The position numbers and the translations under genes are program-made. A model generated the notes under the pieces. The model was not told where the DNA came from and did no database searches. It worked only from the letters and a program-made list of their open reading frames with translations. A DNA stretch of 64,000 nucleotides from Candidatus Magasanikiibacteriota bacterium (GTDB taxonomy: Bacteria > Patescibacteriota > Patescibacteriia > Magasanikbacterales > GWA2-37-8): assembly GCA_026396515.1 (NCBI GenBank), contig JAPLWQ010000001.1, positions 564-64,563 of the forward strand, written 5' to 3'. Position 1 is the first letter of the stretch; every line of letters starts with the position of its first letter. Positions 29,295-37,027 of the stretch are shown here, piece by piece.

Positions 29295-29819
29295 CTATAG
29301 CGACTGCAAAAGTTTATCGGTCGCGTCCGGTAATATTTCATCAAGTTTTTGTTTTTCATTTTTTGAGATTTTTCCAAGCACGTAATCGGCCGTATCAGAA
29401 ATTTGTTTTAATGGCTTAATACCGAGGCGAAGACGGAAAAAATTTTGTGTTCCCAGATGATCAATAATTGATTGCACACCGTTGTGTCCGGCCGAAGACC
29501 GGTTAAACTGTATTTTGTATTCACCCAAAGCAATATCTTTGTCATCGTGCGCCACAATAATATCCGACGGTTTAATTTTGAAAAAATTAATTATAGCTTG
29601 TACGCTTTTTCCAGATTCATTCATAAAAGTCAGCGGTTTAGCAAGAATAATTTTCTTTCTTCCGATTTTTGCTTCGGCTATTTCCGCGTTGAATTTTTTG
29701 TTATTACTAAAAGAAACTCCGAATTTTCCGGCCATCATATTGGCGGCGATAAATCCGACGTTGTGGCGTGTGTCTGAATATTCGACGCCTGGGTTGCCTA
29801 AACCAACTACAAGTTTCAT
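29295..29819 (-). CDS. pth: peptidyl-tRNA hydrolase
   Basis: VGLGNPG..Y..TRHNVGF Pth motifs. Confidence 0.92.
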   Translation of the reverse strand: MKLVVGLGNPGVEYSDTRHNVGFIAANMMAGKFGVSFSNNKKFNAEIAEAKIGRKKIILAKPLTFMNESGKSVQAIINFFKIKPSDIIVAHDDKDIALGEYKIQFNRSSAGHNGVQSIIDHLGTQNFFRLRLGIKPLKQISDTADYVLGKISKNEKQKLDEILPDATDKLLQSL

Positions 29820-29929
29820 ATTTACCCTGCTAAAAATAATCTTACAAAATATTTATTTTTTGAATTTTCTTAACCGCTATCAAATAATTTCCTGTTTCTT
29901 TGTAAACTATTTAACAGGGTTAATCGGGT

Positions 29930-31303
29930 TTATTTTTTTACCTTTCGCAATTTGATAATAATTGGTGAAGCAAAAAAACCGAATTGTTCCCGTAGTCGAT
30001 GTTTTAGGAAGTGGATATATGACTGGTGTAAAGAGGTTTTGTGTTTGATGACCGCTTCGAATACCGGCGGGTCAGAGGCGATTTGTGTGAAACTCAGAAT
30101 TTTTGGATGGCGAACGCCCTTGCCTCGCGCAGGTTTGTGCAGATTGGTGACATGCTTAAAGAAATTATTAAGGTCGGCTGCGGGTATTTCCATTCTTTTT
30201 TCCGATGCCGCCCGTTCAATAATCGGGAAAATTTGATGAACGCGGTATTCGGTAAGGGCGCTTACGAAAACTATCGGTGCGTAGCTTAAGTGAGGAAAGT
30301 ATTTATAAATTCTTTGCCTGACATCATTGCGGAAACTGTCCTCGTTGTCTTCTGACAGATCCCATTTGTTTACAACGATAATCGCGCTTTTTGCGTGTTC
30401 TTCCAGAAAGCCGCCGAGCTGCTTGTCCTGGTCGGTGATTGGTTCTCCTGCGTCGATTACAAAAAGTACGATATTCGCCCTTTTAATTGCATCTAAACTT
30501 TTTCCAATTCCTTGTCTTTCAAGATCCCCGGATACTTTTGTTTTGCGGCGGATGCCGGCAGTATCAACAAAAATAATATACGAACCGTCAATCTCAATCA
30601 ATGTGTCGTGAGGTTCGCGCGTGGTGTGCGGCATATCCGAAACAATAACGCGCGGTTCGCCGATGAGTTTATTAAAAAGCAATGATTTGCCGACATTTGG
30701 CTTGCCGATAATTGCGACTTTGAGCGCATTTTTCTCCGTGATTTTTTTTGGACGCTTTTTGCTCTTGCGAAGATATTTGTATATTACGTCAATCAGGTCG
30801 CCGATATTGCTTCCATTCGCCGCCGACACCGGGATCGGCTCGCCCAGGCCTAGTTTTTTCCATTCGGCGTTGTAAATATTTTGCCTGTCGGCCGCTGAAT
30901 CGGCTTTATTGCCGACCAAAATTATTTGCTTTTTACCGCGGTATTTTGTCAGTAATTTTTTAGCCAGCTCTTTTTCCTGCGGCAACAGTTCATCCTGAAG
31001 ATCGACAATAAATAGAATCAGGTCGGCTCCTTTTATCGCTGTTTCAGTTTGTCCGATAATGTCCTTTTCCAAAGGCACGGCTTCGTCAAAAGTTAAACCG
31101 CCGGTATCCACCAGTTGAAAGGTTTTTCCGCGCCAACGAACAGCGCCTACGTTCCTGGTCCGCGTGGTGCCGGGGATTTTAGAAACCAAAGCGTGCGTCG
31201 TTTCCGTTAGGCGGTTAAACAATGTTGATTTGCCGACATTAACCCGACCGACGAGAACCGCGGTTGGAGCATTTGTCTCAATTATTTTTGCCGGTGTTGC
31301 CAT
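29930..31303 (-). CDS. der: ribosome-associated GTPase Der (EngA)
   Basis: Two tandem G domains (GRVNVGKSTLFN, GKPNVGKSLLFN) plus a KH-like C-terminus. Confidence 0.93.
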   Translation of the reverse strand: MATPAKIIETNAPTAVLVGRVNVGKSTLFNRLTETTHALVSKIPGTTRTRNVGAVRWRGKTFQLVDTGGLTFDEAVPLEKDIIGQTETAIKGADLILFIVDLQDELLPQEKELAKKLLTKYRGKKQIILVGNKADSAADRQNIYNAEWKKLGLGEPIPVSAANGSNIGDLIDVIYKYLRKSKKRPKKITEKNALKVAIIGKPNVGKSLLFNKLIGEPRVIVSDMPHTTREPHDTLIEIDGSYIIFVDTAGIRRKTKVSGDLERQGIGKSLDAIKRANIVLFVIDAGEPITDQDKQLGGFLEEHAKSAIIVVNKWDLSEDNEDSFRNDVRQRIYKYFPHLSYAPIVFVSALTEYRVHQIFPIIERAASEKRMEIPAADLNNFFKHVTNLHKPARGKGVRHPKILSFTQIASDPPVFEAVIKHKTSLHQSYIHFLKHRLREQFGFFASPIIIKLRKVKK

Positions 31304-31313
31304 AAGGTTGTGG

Positions 31314-32915
31314 TTATTCCGTGGAGTCCGCTCCCAGAATTATTAAAATATCCGTGTCAGGATTAAATTTCGCTCCCATTTCGTTTTCCATTGTCTTTGA
31401 ATCATCATAATCATCATGCAACCAATCGGGCAATGACATATCCAGTTTGCCGCGAACTTGTTTTGATAAATAGTTAACCACTTCATTTGAGACCGATTGG
31501 TTGATCAGATAAATTGTGGTGGTGGCGATTGGCCGCCGTATGCTGTTCCCGACAGTAATGATATTAAAACCCTGATCGGCCAAACGGCTTTGAAGACGGC
31601 TGGCCAGACCTGCGCGCCAGGTGCCGTTTTGGATTTCAATTTTTGCTTCAGATACAAAATCAAGGCGCTGACCGGTGTTTGATTCGGTACTCGTTGGTAT
31701 GCGGTCGCTCTGTGCGGTGCCGCTCGCCGCCAAAGCGGAATTTGCCGGTTTTTCTGAAGCCGTCGCCATAATTTCAATTGGAACGGACGGCACGAAAGAC
31801 GGTTCAAAAATATTAGCGATAGCCAAATTTATTGCATTGAGATTTCCTCCTTTTGGCGCGAGCATAAAAGCTCCGCTTTGGGCGATATATGAATACAGAT
31901 ACCCGGTGGGGCCGCTGTCAAGGACAAGATTTTTTACTTTGCCGGTATCAATATTTCTTGCCAAAGAAGCCATATAGAGCATCTGGCTGAATTCCAGATT
32001 TGTGGCAATGTTGTTGCTTAGCGAACTCCAAATTTTTTGCAGAGTAGACGGGCTGGTAATTGTTCCGAAAGAAAAAACTTTTTCTTTTAGAGCGGAGATT
32101 ATTTGTTGCTGTCTTCGTGAACGGGCAAAATCGGAGTTTTCCCCGTTGGTTCCGTGGCGCGAGCGCGAGTATTGAAGAGCGCGAGTGCCGTCCATATGTT
32201 GCGTGCCGGAAGCAAAAGATACTGTTTGGTATGAATAGTCCGGACCGGGGAATGAATAATCGGTAAACGGTTTTGTTACTTCGATATCGACACCGCCGAC
32301 AGCATTGACCAACTGTTCAAAGGCGTTAAAATTCACGCGCACATAATAGGGTATATCCAAATTGAATGTTTCGGAAAATACTTTTCTGGCGTACTCGCCC
32401 CCTTGATCAGGGTATTTGCTTTCACCGAGTGCGTCCGCATAGTTTATGCGGTAGACGCCGTAGTCGTCAATTTTGACGCCCAAATCGCGAGGAATAGAAA
32501 TCATTGCCACCTCTTTTGTACTTGGCTTGACGCTTACGATAATATTGGTATCGCTTAGATACGGGCCATCGTGCCCAGGCCCGCCGATACCGAGAAGCAA
32601 AATATTTATTCGGTCATTTTCTTCGCCGATGACCGGATTATCCTGGGCAAAAAGAAAGTTTTTTACAGTTTGAAAAAAACCGATTTTTTTCGGCCGGAGC
32701 AGGTCGGTTGGTGCATTTGTGTCATTTTGCTGTGAGGCCATTAAGGTGCGCGCGCCAAGCACCATCAGCATGACAGCGAATAATCCCAGCAGAAAATAAA
32801 GCAGCCAGGGCCTATTTTTTCCTGGCTTGGCTGCGTCGTTCGGAACCAATAATTTCTTTTCATTGCCTGGCGACAGAAAGTCCACTGATGGTTTTTCCTG
32901 TTTCAGTTCTTTCAT
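31314..32915 (-). CDS. LytR-CpsA-Psr (LCP) family envelope protein with extra C-terminal domain
   Basis: N-terminal TM. LCP core INILLLGIGG...DTNIIVS..ISIPRD. Start ATG at 32915; the track start at 32960 is TTG. Confidence 0.8.
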   Translation of the reverse strand: MKELKQEKPSVDFLSPGNEKKLLVPNDAAKPGKNRPWLLYFLLGLFAVMLMVLGARTLMASQQNDTNAPTDLLRPKKIGFFQTVKNFLFAQDNPVIGEENDRINILLLGIGGPGHDGPYLSDTNIIVSVKPSTKEVAMISIPRDLGVKIDDYGVYRINYADALGESKYPDQGGEYARKVFSETFNLDIPYYVRVNFNAFEQLVNAVGGVDIEVTKPFTDYSFPGPDYSYQTVSFASGTQHMDGTRALQYSRSRHGTNGENSDFARSRRQQQIISALKEKVFSFGTITSPSTLQKIWSSLSNNIATNLEFSQMLYMASLARNIDTGKVKNLVLDSGPTGYLYSYIAQSGAFMLAPKGGNLNAINLAIANIFEPSFVPSVPIEIMATASEKPANSALAASGTAQSDRIPTSTESNTGQRLDFVSEAKIEIQNGTWRAGLASRLQSRLADQGFNIITVGNSIRRPIATTTIYLINQSVSNEVVNYLSKQVRGKLDMSLPDWLHDDYDDSKTMENEMGAKFNPDTDILIILGADSTE

Positions 32916-33048
32916 ATATAATAACAGGGGGATTATATCACAGGGTTTCGCTGTTTTCAACTGGGGTATTGATTTTTTGTAATTTGCGTGTTATACTCTA
33001 TATAACCTAATAAAAATGGCCGTTTTTGAAGGATCGGCCTTGTTAATC

Positions 33049-33124
33049 GGCCACTTGGCTCAGTTGGTTAGAGCGCTTCGTTCACATCGAAGAGGCCACA
33101 GGTTCGAGTCCTGTAGTGGCCACC
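33049..33124 (+). tRNA. tRNA-Val (anticodon CAC)
   Basis: Manual cloverleaf: acceptor GGCCACT/AGTGGCC, anticodon loop TTCACAT, T-arm ACAGG-TTCGAGT-CCTGT. Confidence 0.75.
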
Positions 33125-33146
33125 GGGTTAATTTTTTTCTTAAACT

Positions 33147-33653
33147 ATGCCGCAAGATTTACTAAAACAAGATGTAAATTTTGGCAATGTTGTTTACAGC
33201 TGGTCTTTTAGGGAATACGAAAAATTCAACCGTGGAAAGCGTTGGTATTGGATAACCGGATTGCTCGCCGCTTTGTTGATCGCCTATGCTGTCTATACCG
33301 CCAATTACCTATTTGCGCTTATCATTGTGCTGTTTGGTATTATTATTTTTTTGCAGGACATGAATGAACCGGCGGAATTGGACTTTGCTCTTACTGACAC
33401 CGGTATCGTAGTGGGCACAAAATATTATCCGTTCAGCGAGTTGGAAAAATATTGGATTGTATACAACCCGCCAATGGTAAAGGTTTTGTACTTTGAACCA
33501 AAGAGTACGTTGAAGCACAGGTTGCATATCCCGCTTTTGGATACGGATCCTCTTACCCTGCGCGATTATTTGAATCAGTTTTTAATTGAGGATCTGGAAA
33601 AAGAAGATGAACCCCTTAGCGACCGCCTTGGACGGATGTTCAAGATTCAATAA
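33147..33653 (+). CDS. hypothetical membrane protein (168 aa, 2 TM)
   Basis: ORF between two tRNAs. Hydrophobic segment LLAALLIAYAVY...IIVLFGIIIFL. Confidence 0.5.
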   Translation: MPQDLLKQDVNFGNVVYSWSFREYEKFNRGKRWYWITGLLAALLIAYAVYTANYLFALIIVLFGIIIFLQDMNEPAELDFALTDTGIVVGTKYYPFSELEKYWIVYNPPMVKVLYFEPKSTLKHRLHIPLLDTDPLTLRDYLNQFLIEDLEKEDEPLSDRLGRMFKIQ

Positions 33654-33667
33654 TTTGTGTTTATGCC

Positions 33668-33696
33668 GCCTCTCACCTGCGGGTGAGATATTTTTT
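33668..33696 (+). terminator. Rho-independent terminator
   Basis: cctctcacctgcgggtgagatattttttt. Confidence 0.6.
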
Positions 33697-33710
33697 TCCA
33701 CAATATATTC

Positions 33711-33782
33711 GACCTCGTCGTTCAATGGATAGGACACTAGCCTGCGAAGCTGGAGATCAAGGTTCGACTCCTTGCGGGGTCA
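33711..33782 (+). tRNA. tRNA-Arg (anticodon read as GCG; verify)
   Basis: Manual cloverleaf: acceptor GACCTCG/CGGGGTC, D GTTC/GGAC, anticodon stem CTAGC/GCTGG with loop CTGCGAA, T-arm CAAGG-TTCGACT-CCTTG. No encoded CCA. Confidence 0.7.
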
Positions 33783-33784
33783 CA

Positions 33785-33816
33785 AAAAAATACGCCGGAA
33801 AGGCGTGTTTTTTAAA
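33785..33816 (+). terminator. terminator hairpin directly after tRNA-Arg
   Basis: aaaaaaatacgccggaaaggcgtgtttttt. Confidence 0.55.
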
Positions 33817-34002
33817 CCTCAGATTTTTGCTTATTTTAGCTAAAAAATAGGGCATTTTTTATAAGTTTATGTTTGAAGTATTGTTATTGACAAAAATACC
33901 ACTTTATGCTATTTTTCTCTATTCCTCAAGTATGTTGCTTGAGGGTAATAAAAATTGCGTTTTTTCACAATTTACCAACAATTCACCAAAGGAGGTGAAA
34001 GG

Positions 34003-34551
34003 ATGACCGTATTTATCTGCATCATGGTGGTCGGCTTCGTTGTGCTCGGAGCTTCGCTGCTTTTTGGCGAGATATTCGAGCACGGAGGCGACATCGCTCA
34101 TGACATCGCTGTCGAGCACGACGTGCTCGGTCAGGGCGGTGACGTGGAGCATTCTCAGGGCGGGCCGAGCTTCCTCAGCTTGCGCATGCTCGCCAGTTTC
34201 GCCACCGGTTTCGGAGGCGGCGGAGCGATCGGGCGCTACCTCGACTTCGGCTATGTGGCGAGTTCGCTTTTCGGGCTCGCTTTGGCCGTGGCGGTGGCAG
34301 CGGTCGTCTACTTCATCGTCGCGTTCCTCTACAAACAGCAGGCGACGAGCGGGGTTACCACAAGCGAATGTCTGAACAAGCAGGCGATCGTCTGTGTTGC
34401 GATTCCGGATAACGGGATGGGCCAGGTGACGCTCACACTCAAGGGCGCGACCCTGACCAAGATGGCCAAGTCGGAGGACGGCAAATCGCGTGAAAACGGT
34501 GCGACGGTTCTGATCAAGCAGATCGTCGGCGATTACATCATCGTCGGCTGA
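34003..34551 (+). CDS. NfeD-like (YuaF-type) membrane protein, flotillin operon partner; GC-rich
   Basis: aaaggaggtgaaagg SD then ATG at 34003. Two N-terminal TM helices plus a C-terminal OB-fold-like soluble domain. Immediately upstream of the flotillin gene, as in the Bacillus yuaF-floT operon. Confidence 0.7.
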   Translation: MTVFICIMVVGFVVLGASLLFGEIFEHGGDIAHDIAVEHDVLGQGGDVEHSQGGPSFLSLRMLASFATGFGGGGAIGRYLDFGYVASSLFGLALAVAVAAVVYFIVAFLYKQQATSGVTTSECLNKQAIVCVAIPDNGMGQVTLTLKGATLTKMAKSEDGKSRENGATVLIKQIVGDYIIVG

Positions 34552-34593
34552 AAACGGACTAACGGTCCAAAACAAAGAAAAAGGAGAAAACAG

Positions 34594-36420
34594 ATGAAAA
34601 CACTGTCCGGTTTCGCCGCCATGTTTGCAGCCATGTTCTTCGCGGGCAACTTGCTCGCGGCCGAAGGCGGGAACGCCGCGGCCGGCAACTTGCCCTTCGA
34701 TCTCGGGGGGCTCTTCATTCCGGTCATCGTCGTGGTCTGCGTGCTCGCTATCCTCATCGCCCTCTCGCTCTTCCTGCGGAATTACATCAAGGTTCCGCCG
34801 AACCAGGTGGCGGTCATCTCTGGACGGAAACACAGGCTCGACACCGGCGAGGCAATCGGGTTCAGACTCGTCCGCGGCGGCGCCACCTTCAAGTGGCCAT
34901 TGCTCGAACGGGTCGACTATCTCGATCTCGGAGTGCTGAGCATCCCGGTGCAGATCAAGAAGGCAATCACCAAAGAAGGTGTGCCGCTCAACGTGGCCGC
35001 CATTGCCAACGTCAAGTTCGGTAGCGACGATGTGTCGCTGCGCAACGGCGCTGAGCGGTTCCTGGGTATGAGCCCGGGAGCGATGCGGGAAATCATTCTC
35101 AATACGCTCGAGGGGCATTTGCGTTCGATCTGCTGCACCCTGAAGGTGGAGGAGATCAACAGTGATCGCCAGAAGTTCGCCCAACAGATGGTGAGCGAAG
35201 CGGCGGTCGACTTGGGGCGTTTGGGCTTCGTAATTGATGCCCTGGTCGTCCAGCACATCGAGGACGAGCAGCAATACCTCAACTCCCTCGGCCTCAAGCG
35301 TACGGCCGAGGTCAAACGTGACGCGAAGATCGGCGAAGCCGAAGCGACGCGCGACGCGGACATCAGGACGGCGGAAGCGACGCGCACCGCAACGATTGAA
35401 TCGACCAACGCCCAGCGCGAAGGCGCGGTGGCCAAGAACGAAAACCTGGCCAAGATCGCCGCGGCCGAGCGCGACCTCAAGACGAAGGAGGCGGGATTCG
35501 CCGCCGAAGTCGCTCAAGCCGAAGCCACGCGCGACCAAGCCGGTCCCAAGGCCAAGGCCTTGGCCGAGAAGGATGTGCTCGTCGCCCAGGTCGCGGCCCA
35601 AGAGGCCAAGGCCTTGGCGGAAATCTCTCTCCAGCAGAAGCTGGCCGAGCGCAAGAAGGCCGAGCTCAACGCCACGGTGATCCAGGGTGCTGAAGCCGAA
35701 AAGCAGAAGCAGGTCATCGAGGCGGAAGCCGCGGCCGCGGCCGCGGTGAAGCGGGCAGAAGGCGCGCGCGACGCCGCGGTCAGGACGGCCGAGGGTCAGC
35801 GCGATGTCGCCATCCGCGAAGGCGAAGGCGAGGCCTCCAAGACCAAGGCGGTTGGCCTGGCAGAAGCTGATGCCAACAAGGCAAAGTTGCTCGCCCAGGC
35901 AGAAGGCGAGGCCGCCAAGGTCCGCCAGATGGGTCTGGCCGAGGGCGAGGCCATCCAGGCCAAGCTGCTGGCCGAGGCCGCCGGCGTGCTCAAGAAGGCC
36001 GAGGCCTATCAGAAGCTCGACGAGGCAGGCAAGTTCATGTTCATCCTCGAGAAGGCCCCGCAGATCATCGAGGCGCTCGGCGACGCTGCCTCCAAGGCCC
36101 TTACCCCGGCGTTCGATGCCGTTGGGCGCGGGCTGGCCAACGTGGACAACATCACCATCGTCGACACCGGGTCGGGGGATGGCAAATCGGCGGTCGGGCG
36201 CTTCGCCAATACCGCCCCCACGATTTTCTTCGAGTTCATGCAGAAGGCGAAGGCCCTGGGGATCGACCCGACCGATCTGCTCAAGAAGGTCGGTGTCAAG
36301 GTGATCCCCGGTTCGGCAGCGTTCGGCGCTCTCGACACCGGAGGACAGGACGAGGCGGCATCACCCGCCGCAGACGCCGCCGCCGGCAAGCCGCCGGCTG
36401 ACGCGCCGGCCAAGAAGTAG
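34594..36420 (+). CDS. floT: flotillin (FloT/YuaG-type SPFH/Band-7 protein); GC-rich
   Basis: aaaaaggagaaaacag SD. N-terminal TM. SPFH domain with the LEGHLRSI motif. Long EA-repeat coiled coil. C-terminal ITIVDTGSGDG. Collinear with B. subtilis FloT. Confidence 0.88.
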   Translation: MKTLSGFAAMFAAMFFAGNLLAAEGGNAAAGNLPFDLGGLFIPVIVVVCVLAILIALSLFLRNYIKVPPNQVAVISGRKHRLDTGEAIGFRLVRGGATFKWPLLERVDYLDLGVLSIPVQIKKAITKEGVPLNVAAIANVKFGSDDVSLRNGAERFLGMSPGAMREIILNTLEGHLRSICCTLKVEEINSDRQKFAQQMVSEAAVDLGRLGFVIDALVVQHIEDEQQYLNSLGLKRTAEVKRDAKIGEAEATRDADIRTAEATRTATIESTNAQREGAVAKNENLAKIAAAERDLKTKEAGFAAEVAQAEATRDQAGPKAKALAEKDVLVAQVAAQEAKALAEISLQQKLAERKKAELNATVIQGAEAEKQKQVIEAEAAAAAAVKRAEGARDAAVRTAEGQRDVAIREGEGEASKTKAVGLAEADANKAKLLAQAEGEAAKVRQMGLAEGEAIQAKLLAEAAGVLKKAEAYQKLDEAGKFMFILEKAPQIIEALGDAASKALTPAFDAVGRGLANVDNITIVDTGSGDGKSAVGRFANTAPTIFFEFMQKAKALGIDPTDLLKKVGVKVIPGSAAFGALDTGGQDEAASPAADAAAGKPPADAPAKK

Positions 36421-36432
36421 AGCTGGCGCGCC

Positions 36433-36894
36433 ATGGCGAACGATTTCACGTACGAGAGTAAGATCCCATGGAAAGCGGAGCGGAAGGCCAACACATTGGT
36501 CATCCACTGCAGCGCTTTTGACCTCAGACCGTACTTCGCCGATTTCGCGGCGAACGGCCTGAAGCTCGCGGAATATGACCTGGTGGCTGTCCCCGGCGGC
36601 GTTCAGATGCTGACGGTGGCCCATTACATCGCGAAGGTGCGCGTACTCATGCGCAAGTGGCTGGGCTTCCTGGTCGAGCATCATAACCTGACCAAGGTGG
36701 TGATCATCGGCCACGACGACTGCTCCTGGTATAAGGACTTTCGTTTCGGTCCGATCCATATCGATCTGAAGCAGCGGCAGATAGCTGACCTCAAAGAAGT
36801 TGCCGCTATCTTGCGCGAGGAGATGAAGGTCGGCGTGGACATCTACTTCGCCCACATCAAAGACAACAAGGTTTCTTTCACTCGGGTCAGCTGA
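36433..36894 (+). CDS. hypothetical protein with beta-carbonic-anhydrase-like Cys/Asp-Arg/His-x-x-Cys motifs; GC-rich
   Basis: LVIHCSAFDLR and VVIIGHDDCSW parallel the CxDxR and HxxC zinc-ligand motifs of beta-class carbonic anhydrases. Third gene of the island. Confidence 0.45.
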   Translation: MANDFTYESKIPWKAERKANTLVIHCSAFDLRPYFADFAANGLKLAEYDLVAVPGGVQMLTVAHYIAKVRVLMRKWLGFLVEHHNLTKVVIIGHDDCSWYKDFRFGPIHIDLKQRQIADLKEVAAILREEMKVGVDIYFAHIKDNKVSFTRVS

Positions 36895-37027
36895 CAACTG
36901 GCCGAAGTTCTTTCCAAATACATCTCGCCGATCGGTTAGTCACCGATCGGCAAATTCAATAAAACATCATTATCAATGGTGTTTTTTTGATATATTTTTC
37001 CTTTGGCTTTTTGTTGTTTATGCTATA

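Noticed and set aside
33919-35601. 560-aa minus-strand ORF spanning the NfeD and flotillin genes
   Set aside because: Antisense to two well-supported GC-rich genes. Gly/Arg/Asp-rich junk composition typical of stop-codon-poor antisense frames in high-GC DNA. No SD.
35234-36304. Plus-strand alternative-frame ORFs (148 and 166 aa, Arg/Pro/Ser-rich) within flotillin
   Set aside because: Off-frame reading of GC-rich Ala/Glu repeat DNA. The flotillin frame has clear homology.
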